This document shows, piece after piece, positions 38,577 through 51,920 of a DNA stretch of 64,000 nt. Source of the DNA: Octopus sinensis (lineage: Eukaryota); assembly GCF_006345805.1 (NCBI RefSeq), contig NC_042998.1, forward strand, positions 132,060,001-132,124,000, read 5' to 3'. Positions within the stretch are counted from its first letter, which is position 1, and each line of letters starts with the position of its first letter. The position numbers were made by a program, and so were the translations under genes. Under the pieces are notes generated by a model, which saw nothing but the letters and a program-made list of their open reading frames with translations, was not told where the DNA came from and ran no database searches.

Positions 38577-38878
38577 ATTTATCTATCTATCTATCTATCA
38601 ATCTATCTATCTCTTTCGATCTATCTGCTCTAGCTATCGATCATTTTCCCTCTACATTTCTTCTGCCATTACTCCCGTCTCTTGTCTATGTATTTTTTGT
38701 ACGAATATATGTGTGTGTGTGTGAATGTGTGTGTAAATATTTGTGTATGAATATGTGTATGTATGTATATATATATATATAATATATATACGTACATGTG
38801 CGTGTACGGATCTACGAATGTCTGTATGTATGAATATGTATACACACGCACACATACACACATACATATACTTATATA

Positions 38879-38923
<45 letters not shown>

Positions 38924-38961
38924 TCATATGTGTATGTATACTATTACACTTACTTAGGCAG

Positions 38962-39010
<49 letters not shown>

Positions 39011-39156
39011 GTATCTATTCATATATATATGTTCGTATATACGTTATATATATATATATATATACATATATACACATATATATGTATGTATGTATTCATA
39101 CATATATGTTCGTATATACGTATATATGTATATATATATATGTATATGTATGTATG

Positions 39157-39187
<31 letters not shown>

Positions 39188-40267
39188 ATACACGCACTCA
39201 CATGTATATATGCATGCACGTATGTATGCATATATGTATGTATGTATTTGTGTGTGTGTGTATGAATGTAAGCAGATTACTATATCGTACAGGCGGAAGT
39301 ACTGTATTGGTGGTTACTATTATTGTTGTTTCTTGGCCTTGTTTAATGTGATCATTATTGTTTATTATATCTTAAAAATAGAAATCACTCACTTCCTCTA
39401 TCTCCACCTTCACTTCCACCTCCATCTCCTCCTCCTCCTCCTCCTTTTCCTCTTCTTCCTCCTACTCTTCTTTCACCTCATATTCCTTATCTCCTTCATG
39501 CCTTTCTTCGCTTTGTCGTTGTCGTCGTCGTCGTCATCAGCATCACCTGTAACCAAACACCATCGACAAGACAACCACAACCACCACCACTACCACCACC
39601 ACCTCCACCACATCATCATCATCGTCGTCATCACCGCCACCACCATCACCACCATTAGCATCTTCGTTCTCTTAGTCAGCATTATCGTCATCGTGAATGA
39701 CGTCTTTCAATCAGATATTATTGTCTGTTCGTTTTCTAACTCTCTTCTTTTTTTTTTCTCATGTGCTACGTCGGATTGTAGCAATGGTATTTCATTTTGT
39801 AATTTTTCTGTTATTGTTGTTGTTGGTGGTGGGGGGGGGTCTGTAACAGTTGCATAGTCAAATGTTGCATTTTCGAATTTTATTTTCATTTGTTTTTCGA
39901 TATGAATCATTTCTTTTATTTTCTTCCCTACCACCAAAGAAAAAAATTTTTTTTAAAAACGAAAAAAATCTTTTACTACTTCGTCAGGATGATCATCAAC
40001 ACACATACACAGTCACACACATATAGACGAGCTGGCAGAATCGTTTGCAGGTCGGTAAAATGCTTAGCGGTATTTCGTCCGACTTTAAGTTCTGAGTTCA
40101 AATGCCGTCAGGGTCGACTTTGCATTTCATCCGTTTAAGGTCAATAAAATAAGAATCGGTTGGGCATAGGGATCAATGTAATGGGCTTTTCTCCATCACT
40201 CGAAATTGCTGGCTTTTTGCCAAAAATTTGGAATCATCATCATTATTATTGTTATTATTTTTATTAT

Positions 40268-40638
40268 GCATTGTCTGTGCACATATTCTAACACTTGAGA
40301 TGTATTACATTGCCAGCTGTTCACTACCAGTGAACTAAGATAACATCCCTTATTTTTCGAGCACGTTCCGGAGTACTCGAGCGGTTCCAAGCAGTGATGT
40401 TACCTGCAAGTGCTCCACCCTTATTGTAGTCCCTATTTGTTCCATGTACTTCTCAAGATTTTTACTCACTGCTCCCAGGGCTCAGACAATTATTGGTACT
40501 ACTACCACCTTTTTCATCGACCACAGCTGCTTAACCTCCCAAGCTAACCTGTCATATCTATCGACTTTTCTTATTGTATACCTTGTTGTCAATTGGGCAT
40601 GCTATAGCTATGATCCAGCATCATTTGCTTTCTTTCTC
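40268..40638 (-). mobile_element. R4/Dong-type LINE 3' fragment (divergent subfamily)
   Basis: Minus translation ..CPIDNKV..DRYDRLAWEVKQLWSMKKVVVVPIIV*ALGAVSKNLEKY..LLGTARVLRNVL corresponds to the RLE C-terminus. Confidence 0.75.
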
Positions 40639-40657
40639 AATTAATATTATTATTATT

Positions 40658-41097
40658 CGGTAGTTTTATTTTTATAACGTGCTTTCACTTCACTACTGAG
40701 TGCAGCTCTGTGTGTGTGCCTAGGGTATGTGCTGTGGTTTGCTGTGATGCTATTATGGTTACTGTATTGAAAGTGTTTTGCGTAAGATGTGTGCAGTGCA
40801 CAGTAGTGCAATTTTCTGTATGTTATATATATTTGTAAGTCCTGGTGTTTTTATGTATTTGTCTGAATATTTTTTATCATACCTAATGCACCCACTATGA
40901 TAGGAATTGTTTCTGTTTTTAGATTCCACATTCGAGTTACCTCTATTTCCAGGTCTTTGTATTTTGAAATTTTCTCCATTTCTTTTAAAGAAACGTTGTC
41001 ATCTACTTGTATTGATATATCAATTAGAAAGCATTTTTTTCTTCATGATCTCTCACAACTATATCTGGCCTATTGACCTTAATTTCTCTAACCGTGT

Positions 41098-41100
<3 letters not shown>
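40658..41100 (-). mobile_element. R4/Dong-type LINE 3' fragment, same subfamily as 44768-48729
   Basis: Aligns to 44768-45213. (ATT)n on both sides. Confidence 0.9.
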
Positions 41101-41157
<57 letters not shown>

Positions 41158-41185
41158 TATTATTATCATTATTATTATTATTATT

Positions 41186-41913
41186 CACTTTTAATCTGCA
41201 CGTTTGTTAAAGTCACACCCAGCGTTCTAGGGCGAGTGAAGGATAAGAGATGTTGCAGTATGACTGAAATCTTGAGAAGGGAAAGTGGCAGGGGCAGTAG
41301 CGAAATATCTTCATGTAATACAACACAAACATTTAAATTGATTGACTTCTTTGTAAGGATGTAAGTCGTACTTACAATCTTCTGGATTTCTCTGAGACAT
41401 GGTTCTCCTGGGATATCATCTAAATGTTTATGACATACCTATCATACCTAGGGCACCCAAAATAACAAGAACAGTTCTCGCTTTAAGATGCCACATCTTT
41501 TGTATTTCAATTTCCAGGTCCTTATATTTACTTAGTTTGTCAAATTTCTTTTCAGATATATTTTTATCGGTGGGAACACTTTATCTATTAGTCTACAAGT
41601 ATTTTCTTCCCTGTCTTTAATAATTATGTCTGGTCGATTAGCCTGGATTCTTCTGTCAGTGTTGACAGAGGATAGTGACATTTTTACCTTCAACGACCGG
41701 CTCAGGATGATGTTCATACCAGTTAGGAGGAGTACTGATTTTGTAGTGTTTACATATCTTCCAATGTAAATACTATCTTATTCCATTGTGGCGATTTTTA
41801 TATTGGTTTGGTATCAGCAAAGGACATCCCGAGACGAAATGGTCTATTGTTTTGTCAAATGTTTCGCTGAATTTGCATTTAGGGTCAGAACCATTTTGAA
41901 GAACGTTAGCCTG

Positions 41914-41915
<2 letters not shown>
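41186..41915 (-). mobile_element. R4/Dong-type LINE 3' fragment (third subfamily)
   Basis: TDRRIQANRPDIIIKDREENTCRLID (RLE PD-D motif) with upstream Zn-knuckle remnants. (ATT)n on both sides. Confidence 0.85.
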
Positions 41916-41962
<47 letters not shown>

Positions 41963-42437
41963 CATCATCATCATCATCATCATCATTACAAATAATAATA
42001 ATAATAATAATTTGTTCGCCAGCATGCATATAAAATATTGGTTTTTGTTGGGGTTTTACTATCGAGCTTTAACAAAAGCGCTTAGACAATAAGTACCCTT
42101 CTAAGAATATGAAATGTTCAAAGTAAGACGGAAGACTTAGGTGTCCAAGAGTTTCAAGATATATTTATTTATTTTTTAACCAAATATCCACGATGATAAA
42201 TTGTACAGTTTTCAATTTTGTTGCTCTATAATTCCCACTTTCTTGATTTATCTCGACTCCTTTGCCACTTCTTTAGCAGCACTGCTTTTATTGAAGGGAA
42301 TTGCAACGCACGTCGACTTTCCGTTTCATCATTTTAAGGGTCGATAAATTAAGTACCAGGGAAATTCTGGGGTCAATGTAATTGACTACTCCCCTCTCTC
42401 AAAATTCATTCCAGTCCTTGTGTCTAAAATAGATAGG

Positions 42438-42483
<46 letters not shown>

Positions 42484-42820
42484 GATAGTGGATTGGAAGA
42501 ATCGTTAGGAAAATATCTTGCGGCAATTGTTCTGGCTTTTACATTCTAAGTTGAAATCAACGTAGTGCTCTGGAGTCGATAAAATGAAGTAACAATCGAA
42601 TATTGAGGTCGATGATGTCCACTACTGCACTTTTCTAAAAATTGCTAGCGTTGTATGTATATGAGAAATTATCTAAGGCCAAATGCGTTAAGCTGTCACA
42701 GGGTCAGTTGAAGGTAGAGGCGAAGAGCCAGAGAAAAATAAAGAGAGAGAAGTGTTAACGACCCGAGCTAGGGGAAAAGTAATAGTTATTACGAGGATAA
42801 AAAGTTAATTGAAGTGATAA

Positions 42821-42913
<93 letters not shown>

Positions 42914-43789
42914 ACAAAATACAATGTTTAGCAGTGGGGTGATGTTCTGGTGGTGCGTTTAAAGAAATTCTGATAGAGAGATGGAGGGGGCAGTTACATT
43001 AAGAGTGAAAAGCAAACAAAGAGAGGGAGAGAGAGAGAGAGAGATTAGTGGCACCAGATGATGGATTACGCTGTCACGTGGTTAATAGAAGTGAGAGATG
43101 AAGAGAAATAGAGAGAAATTATAACGACGTGAATAGGGGAATTACATGGTTAAAAGTAAAAAGTAGAGAGAGGGGGAAGGAGAAATATAAGTGTGTAGCA
43201 CAGGGAAATTTTAAACATCAAATATCTGATTGTGACTGACAAAGAAATAACATTTTATTGGTCAACTTTTTTGTCGATCTACTTACTTATCTATCAATCT
43301 GCATTGATAAATACATCGATGGGCGGACGGTGGAAAGAAGGTTTATGCTAAATATAATAATACAGAAATATAGATTTTTTTTAATGAAAGTGAAATAACT
43401 TAGCAAAATAGCCGTGGATGTTCTTTTCTTTCTTTCTATCTTTTTTCTTTGTTGTTGTTTTTTTGTTTTTTTTTTCGAACTTTGTATTGTCAGACTAGAT
43501 ACATACATCGATTGTAAGAAAAGTAGACATAAACAAATGGCTGAATAGTACTAAAATGAAATGAAGATAATCTTGGTTGACAAACAACTTACACTGAGAT
43601 TTGTTATTGAAAACTATAATAATCGTGGTGGAGGTAGCGGTGACGTGTAGATAGTGAACAGTGTAGTTTTCTTTTTTTTTTCTATGATCGAACTAAATTT
43701 TTATATCGCCTATCACTTAACGCATGCGCATAAGTGTAATTATTAATGGCCTGCTCGTTTGAAAATTGATATTTGCTGATAAAATATGG

Positions 43790-44560
43790 ATGACAGGCGA
43801 TGTAAGTTAACAAGAGAAAGAATGAGATGCTATAGGTAAACGACGTGAGGAGAAGCAGAGGGCCGAATCACTAGAACAGGCGCAAGAGCATCAGCGTGTA
43901 GAAGGGAAATATGAATCAATGAGTGGATCTTTTCGGTTTGAACGGCAGTTTTTAACATAATTTCTAGGTAACTAAAAAATGTTAAACTTCGTATACTGGT
44001 AGAATGTGTTTATAAAACATATTTTTCTCTTGGCTTTATTGAGAAAATTCTATAGTTTGTAAGATATTTGTTGTTGTTTTTTCCTTCAATTTCTGCAATT
44101 TCAACCAATCAATGACCGTCTATTGAGGTGAAAACATTCTGTGCCGTATGAATATGTCCCTCGTTTAAGAAACAGATTGGGTTTATTTACATTTCTGAAG
44201 AAAAAAAGATACCCTTCCCCCACCCCTAACCCTAACTCTAACCCTAACCCTAAAATAGACTGAAATGCAATAGATCGATACTAGGGTCATAATTATGGGT
44301 GACAATTTCATATGAAACCGCTAGAAAAAACTGCCGTTCAAACCGAAAAGATCCCAATGAGTTTAAAGTATTTACCGCCGATATAAGAACGTGTTCAAGA
44401 CACATTATCAAATGAAAATGAAAGAGAACGTCAACACAACAGTAAACATATAGTTGAAAGTTACAGCAATGGTGACATTAATAGTCTCTGCAGCCATTGT
44501 GAAGCGCTTAGATTTATAAATGAACTGCTGAGAGAATGGGAAAGTCATGGTCGTTCACTT
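43790..44560 (+). pseudogene. Helitron Rep-helicase N-terminal remnant (interrupted by a MITE)
   Basis: KRREEKQRAESLEQAQEHQR, then, after removing the MITE, HIVESYSNGDINSLCSHCEALRFINE, resembling the CxHCxAL(F/W)xxE zinc-finger start of Helitron proteins. Confidence 0.45.
43925..44354. mobile_element. MITE with 29-bp perfect TIRs and an 8-bp TSD, carrying internal (CCCTAA)n
   Basis: TIR GGATCTTTTCGGTTTGAACGGCAGTTTTT at 43925-43953 and its inverse at 44326-44354. TSD CAATGAGT at 43917-43924 and 44355-44362. Confidence 0.9.
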
Positions 44561-44716
44561 ACAGCCTTATCCAGAATGACTGGAAAGATACTTTTGGATT
44601 AAAATAATGCTGAGTATACAATTTCAAAAGAAACGCTAATTTTTATGGTTCTATATGAATTTTCCAACCAACTAAAATATTTTGTATTTACTGTGAAATT
44701 TCCACGGGTGCAGCAA

Positions 44717-44767
<51 letters not shown>

Positions 44768-44770
<3 letters not shown>

Positions 44771-47700
44771 TAGTTTTATTTTTATTTTTATAGCGTGCTT
44801 TCACTTCACTACCGAGCGCAGCTCTGTGTGCCTTGGGTATGTGCTGTGATTTGTTGTGATGCTCTGATGGTTATTGTATGGAAAGTGTTCTGCGTAGGAT
44901 GTGTGCAGTGCCTAGTAGTGCAATTTTCTGTATGTTATATGTGTTTGTAAGTCCTGGTGTTTTTGTTATGTATTTGTCTGAATATTTTTTATCATGCCTA
45001 ATGCACCTACTATGATAGGAATTGTTTCTGTTTTCAGATTCCACATTCTAGTTACCTCTATTTCCAGGTCTTTGTATTTTGAGAGTTTCTCCATTTTTTT
45101 AGAGACACGTTGTCATCTGCCGGTACTGATACATCAATTAGAAAGCATTTTTTTCTTCATGGTCTCTGACAACTATATCTGGTCTGTTGGCCTTAATTTC
45201 TCTATGTGTGTATCGGCATATCCCAGAGTATGGTTGCTTTCTCGTTTTCTGTGACCTTTTCTGGTGTGTGCCTATACCATCTTTTTTCTGTTGTTATTCC
45301 ATAATGTTGGCATAGCTTCCAATGTATGTAAGTTCCAACTCTGTCATGTCTGTGAATATATTCCTTCTTAGCCAGGACTGGGCAGCTAGAGATAATATGA
45401 TTTATTGTTTCTTGTCCATCTCCACATATTCTGCAGTTACTTGTAATATTTCTTTTCATTACATGTTTTTGGTAATTTCTGGTGGGGAGGCTTTGGTCTT
45501 GTGCTGCAATTAAAAATCCCTCTGTTTCTGCTTTGAGTCCTGAGCTTCTCAACCATTGCTGGGATTTTTCTTTGTCTATTTCTTTTGCGTTTAGTTTAGT
45601 CCAGTATTACCATGAAGGGGCTTTTCTTGCCATCGTTTTATCATGGTTCGTTGCTGTTCTATTTTTAGTTTGGATTTCATTTTTTTTATAGCTTTTGTTG
45701 TCTTCATCTCTTCTTCTTCTTCATGTTTATTAGGTGGTATGATTTCTTGTTTGTATTTGTCAGCTTCCTTAAATACTGAGAACAGTTTTTTGTTTTGCTC
45801 GTGTTTTGCCGCTATCTGGATCAGTTTTCCTTCCTTCTGAAGTAGATATTTTTGCAGTCCTATGGTGGTTATTTTATAGTAGTTTTCCAGCTGTATAAGG
45901 CCTCTACCACCTTCTATACGTTGTATATATAGTCTTTCTATGTCAGATTTTGGGTGATGCATCCTAGATCCTGTCATTATTTTTCTTGTTTTCCTGTCTA
46001 TTTTGGTCAGTTCATTTCGTGTCCAGTTAAGGATATTGTAGCTGTAACTTATAACTGGGACAGCTAAAGTGTTGATACCTATTATCTTGTTTTTAGCATT
46101 GAGCTCTGTGTTTAGTATTGATCTATAATATTCTTTTTTTATTTTCTCTTTCATTTGTGTGTGTTGTGTCTTATCTAGTTCATGGATTCCTAAGTATTTG
46201 TAAGTTTGGCTTTGGTCTAATTCTTTTATTTCATTTGCTTCATCTAGTGTGATGTTGTTACTCTTAACTAGTTTTCCTCTTTTCATGGTTACTTTGGCGC
46301 ATTTTTCTAATCCAAATTTCATATCTATTTCTTTGGTAAATCCATGAACTGTCTTTAATAGTGTTTCCAGCTGTTTGTCATTTGCAGCGTATAGTTTTAG
46401 GTCATCCATATATAAAAGGTGGCTGATCGTTTTGCCGTAACATTTATATCCGCATCCAGTTCTATTTAGCATATCAGATAGAGGTGACAGTGCTAAGCAG
46501 AAAAGGAGTGGAGAGAGCGTATCTCCCTGGAATATTCCTCTTCTAATGGGGATGTCTTTGGTTTTCATGAGTCCCTCTTTTGTTTGGAGGTGTAGGACTG
46601 TTTGCCATTTATTCATAGAGTGCTCTATGAATTTTATGATTGTTGGTGCTACTTTGTTAATGGCTAGTGTTTCGAGGATCCATGTGTGGGGGATGCTATC
46701 AAACGCCTTTTTGTAGTCAATCCAGGCCATACTGAGGCCTTTCTTCTTTCTGTGGCTGTCTTCAGTTATGGCTTTATTAATCATTAGTTGATCTTTACAG
46801 CCATATGAGCCTTTGCGGCATCCTTTCTGCTCTTCTGGGAACAGTTTGTTTTCGTCCAGGTGCTTGTTCAGCCTTTGTGATATCACTGCAGTAAATGCCT
46901 TGAACATAGTAGGGAGGCAGGTTATTGGTCTGTAGTTTTCTAGTTTTTCTGTTTCATTTGATTGGGAATTAAGATGGTTTTCCCCTTCGTGAGCCATTCA
47001 GGCATTGTCTCTGGCTCTGCTAGTACGTTGTTAAAGTTTTCAGCCAGCTTTTTGTGCATTCCTGTTAGATATTTCAACCAGAAGTTGGGGATCTTGTCAT
47101 GCCCAGGTGCCTTCCAGTTGCTTAGTCTTTGCAGTGCCTGGGTGACCTCTTCAGTTGTTATGGGGGTCCAAGTTTGTTCAGATGCCGAGTTTGTTATTTT
47201 GATACTCCTTTTTTTTGGTGGTTCGTTCGCCGACCATATTTCTCCCCAGAATTCTTCCAATTCTTCTGCCGTTGGTGCTGCAGTGACTTCTATATTTTTG
47301 CCCAGTTCTTGGTAGAACTTTTTGGGGTCGGAGTTGAACTTTTTGTTCTGTTCAAAGAAGCGTTGGCGTTTCTCGTACCGGCGGATCCTTTGAGCTTTGG
47401 CAAGGATATCTTGCTTCAGCTTTTCTTTTATCTCCGGCAAATCTTTTTCTGTGGTGTTATATTTGCGGAGCATTTTTGTTCTCTTTTTGTTGCTCAGTAG
47501 CGTTGCTTGTTTGCTGATTTCATTAAGAATCGACAGGTCTTTTCTAATTTTTTTATTTTGTTTTGGATGTTATTTATCCACAGGGTTTGTTTGGGTGGTG
47601 GTACTCCTCGTTCGGCGGGTTTGGGTGAGTATCCAGCTTCTTTTGTGGCTGCAGTGGCTGCTGCGTATGTCAAGTCATTTAGTTCAGTGATATCACTTTT

Positions 47701-48729
47701 TTTTGTTTCAGTGGCTAGTTCAGTGACGGCTAGGTTTATGTTGTTTATAATTGGTGTGTTGTTATTGCGTTTATTTTTATTCTTGGGAGGTATGGTCGGT
47801 GGTCCATTTTGAGCTCTGTGGTTTTTAGTTCTTTGATTATTTTATTTTTTATATATCATATCATTAGGCTCCCCTTCGTTGTTTACATCGGTTTGTTGGG
47901 AATGTTGCGTTTGTCTTCGTGTTTTACAGTTTCAGTGTTTATATTATTGGGCATTGTTGTGTGGCTTCTATCTACATTTTCCTGGTGTATGTTTCTTTTA
48001 GGTGTTCTATTTCTATTTCTGATATTTTTTTTGTGTTGAGAATGTATCTTCGTACGTTAGCTAATTTATTAGGGTTCATTGCTGTATCCAAGTCTAAATC
48101 TCTATATTTTCCTTCCATATTTTATATGTATGTGTTGTTGTATTTTCATTTTTTGGGTAGAGTACTGCTGTGAAGTATGCGTGTAAGATAGAAATGTATT
48201 CCTCACGTGTCCATTTACGTCTTTTGGGTTTTATTTGCGGGACATGAGGTACAACGTCCGGCCATTATTTTGACGGTCGTCATTTTCGTAGGGTACCGGT
48301 CCGTTTATTTCTGTTGTCACATTATTTCGCACGTGTAGTTTTTCGTACATTTTTTGTTGTAGGTTTAATGTACGTACCACTCGATTGTTATTCTTGGTTG
48401 AATAGTATCGGTGGCATTTAATTTCTTCGTAGTTCCTTTGTACATGGTGTTTGGGGTCGGAGATGATCGTGATGTTTCACGCATGTTTACATGTGTTGCG
48501 TTAGAGGTGGAGATGATATCGAGTCAAAATACATCATTCGTTTCGAAAATAGTAATAAATTTCAGTTTGTATTACTTACTCGGATACAGTCCAATTCTTT
48601 GTTAGTAAAACTTTGGCTCCATAGGATGTCCTTGTTTTCGATGTTTGTGGATAGGTTTCGGAGCTCTGAATTTTCCTTCTTACATCTTAAAAGTCCCCCG
48701 GTGTTCTCTCTTAAGTCCCGGTTGGTTGT
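44768..48729 (-). mobile_element. Near-full-length R4/Dong-clade RLE non-LTR retrotransposon
   Basis: N-terminal KRRKWTREEY, KAPGHDKIPNFWLK, RT (NYRPITCLP, WIDYKKAFDS, GIFQGDTLSP, YMDDLK), CRICGDGQETINHIISSC knuckle and RLE tail. A few frameshifts. (ATT)n flanks at 44718-44767 and 48730-48841. Confidence 0.9.
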
Positions 48730-48794
48730 ATTATTATTATTATTATTATTATTATATTTGTATTATTATTATTATTATTGTTTAATTATTATTA

Positions 48795-48841
<47 letters not shown>

Positions 48842-49392
48842 GAGTGAGACAGCAGTGCATATCATCAAAGTGAAACTGGGATGAAATATACGAAGCCCAG
48901 TATATCCATCATGACCACCCGTCTGATATGCGTACACCAGTCACATGCATCACAACCAAATGTGCGCGACATGGTGATCTCATATCAAGATAAACAGCGC
49001 ATGACCTTGCAGGTGAGGCCCAGTTAGAATTTTCTTCAGGTCAGGTTGCCCATACCGCTCAAAAGGTCCTTGAATAAGGATCATTTAAGGATGTTGAACG
49101 AAACATCCTTATTTCCAGAGGTGTTCAAAACCCCCAAAATTCCTCTCAACACATGTCTATGATGCTCACTCACTAAATCTGCGCGTGATCAGAGATGCAC
49201 ATACCATCAGCCACTAAGGGACATGCTCAACTGGTTAAGGTCAAACAACTGACAAGCAAATCTGTGGTATTAAGCAGAATATTCGCTGTAGCCCATCTTT
49301 TATACCAAGACAAAACAATGTACATGATAACACTTCCAATCAGTTAAGATCAGAAGCCATAAGAGCCAATGCCTAGAACTGCATCTGGGCAT
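48842..49392. mobile_element. ~550-bp non-coding interspersed element bounded by (ATT)n
   Basis: Complex-sequence block with sharp (ATT)n boundaries on both sides. It resembles a high-copy octopod repeat (recall only). Confidence 0.5.
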
Positions 49393-49408
49393 TTATTATT
49401 ATTATTAT

Positions 49409-49474
<66 letters not shown>

Positions 49475-49479
49475 CATTA

Positions 49480-49529
<50 letters not shown>

Positions 49530-50469
49530 AAGACTGCTAAAAATGTTTTGCTTTATTCTAAGCATCCTAATTTCTATCAAAAACACCATAATTATCAGTT
49601 TCATTGTCGTCGTCATCAACATCATCAATACCATCAGCATTAATAATATCCTCGCCACAGAATCATAATCATCACCATCATCTTCATCATCACCGTAACC
49701 ACCATCCTACTCCTCATCATTATCATTACCACCATCCTTATCACCATCATCATCATCTTCATTACCATCACCACTATCACCGCGGTCACTACCATTACCT
49801 TATAATCACTTCTATGCCTACCATTACCATCACCACCACCACCACCATCATTATCATCACCATCATCACCATCATTATCATCATCATCGTTATCGTCATT
49901 TTCATCGTCAGCGCCTTCATCAGTAACCTCATCGTCATCATCGTGACCCCCACTACCACCACCGTAATTATGATTCTCGTTACCACCAGCTTCATCATTA
50001 TCATCATTAATATAATCATTATCATCATTCATCCACACCACCACCATCATCATCAAAATCATCACCATCATCACCATCATCATTATTTGTAGGTAAATTA
50101 GTTTCTAATCCCGGCTATATAGAACATTATCGATTGATGACATTGTCCATGAACTGTTCTAAATGTCCCAGTTAAGCATTCCATTTCTCAGACAACTTAT
50201 CTATAGACAGAATCTCATACAAAAAAAAAAAGAAAAAAAAAAGAAGAATTTGGAAGGAAGTCTGTTGAATGGTCTGATTCATATCATGCCAGGGCCAGTT
50301 AAGCCTTCTACCATTCTGGGGCTTTTTTTCATCTTATTTAGTCCCGGTTTGCTCTGGTCCGAGTATTTGATCAAAAGCATTACAATCGTAACCTTCTCAT
50401 CTGCAGAGAATCAAACCATATTTATTCAATATCTAGAACCATATATATTCTTTTTTAAGACGGTAATGG

Positions 50470-50864
50470 AAGCGAGCTGGCAGACGCGTAAGCACGTCGG
50501 GCGAAATGCCTAACGGCATTTCGTCTGCCGTTACGTTCTGAGTTCAAATTCCGCCGAGGTCGACTTTGCCTTTCATCCTTTCGGGGTCGATTAAATTAGT
50601 ACCAGTTACGCACTGGGGTCGATATAATCGACTTAATACCTATGTCTGTCCTTGTTTGTCCCCTCTATGTTTATCCCCTTGTGGGCAATAAAGAAATAGA
50701 TATTTCGTCTGCCGTTACGTTCTGAGTTCAAATTCCGCCGAGGTCAACTTAGCCTTTCATCCTTCGGGATCGATAAATTAAGTACCAGTTTCGCACTGGA
50801 GTCGATATAATCTGTCCTTGTTTGTTCCCTTTATGTTTAGCCCCTTGTGGGCAATAAAGAAATA
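50470..50864 (+). mobile_element. Full-length SINE plus a tandem 5'-truncated second copy, both with complete 3' tails
   Basis: Copy 1 spans 50470-50698 and copy 2 spans 50701-50864. Both end CCCCTTGTGGGCAATAAAGAAATA. Confidence 0.85.
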
Positions 50865-51274
50865 TTTAATGGAAGTGTAGTGGTGACTGGGGGAGAAATG
50901 GATGTTTGTTTTTACTGACCGAGAAGCCACGGAAAAATCCCTTCATTGTAGACATGGCGAGTGGGAATGATAGACTGCATGATAGTTTGGGGAGGGGACA
51001 AGTTGATTACATCGACCCTAGTGATCAAATGGTATTTATTTTATCGACTCTGAAAGGATGAATAGTAAAGTCGACCTTCGTGGAATTTGGACACACGAAC
51101 GAAATGTCGCTAAGCATTTTGTCCGGAGTGCTAACGATTCCGCCAGCTCACCACCTTGATAATGAGGATAATATTCATGATAACGATATTGATAGCGAGG
51201 ATAACCTTGCTGCTGATGATGATGACGACGACGACGATGATGATGATGTACGTATATATATATATATATATATG

Positions 51275-51533
51275 TAGGGGGGCGCAATGGCCCAGTGGTT
51301 GGAGCAGCGGACTCGCGGTTTCGATTCCCAGACCGGGCGTTGTGAGTGTTTATTGAGCGAAAACACCTAAAGCTCCACGAGCGCGAACCCTGCTGTATTC
51401 TTTCATCACAACTTTCTCTCACTCCTTCTTCCTGTTTCTGTTGTACCTGTATTTCAAAGGGCCAGCCTTGTCACGTTCTATGTAACACTGAATCTCCCCG
51501 AGTACTACGTTAAGGGTACACGTATCTGTGCGC
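51275..51533 (+). mobile_element. tRNA-derived SINE (head shared with 25846-26142, different tail)
   Basis: GGCGCAATGGCCCAGTGGTT..GGTTTCGATTCCCAGACCGGGCGT..TTTATTGAGCGAAA. Confidence 0.7.
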
Positions 51534-51733
51534 ATACATGTATGCGCATGCATCCGCGCATACATCCGTCCACACATACACAGAGTTACCAACCTTTCTT
51601 CACACTCTCCTGTCTTAGAAAGCACTATCTCTTTGTCCATCTACTTCCGGTCATTCCAAAGTGTAACCACATGTAGTGTGTTGGCGATTTTTTCCCTCTG
51701 TCTTCCTCTTCATTAGGATTTCCTCTGTTTCCA

Positions 51734-51768
51734 GTTTCTGAAGAAGAGCTTGGCTCGAAACGTAAAAC
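51734..51768 (+). ncRNA. Minimal type I hammerhead ribozyme motif (canonical core, family A)
   Basis: GTTT CTGAAGA A GAGC-TTG-GCTC GAA ACGT A AAAC. Confidence 0.75.
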
Positions 51769-51860
51769 ACCCTTTTCTATCATTCTCTGAGCGTCTTATT
51801 AATACTTTGCATGTACCACATTCTAGCGTTGTTGTTTTTCTTGTCTTTTTCTTGTTGTTT

Positions 51861-51920
<60 letters not shown>

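Noticed and set aside
44225-44254. (CCCTAA)n suggesting a telomere or chromosome fusion scar
   Set aside because: Only about four units, internal to a MITE with TIRs and a TSD.
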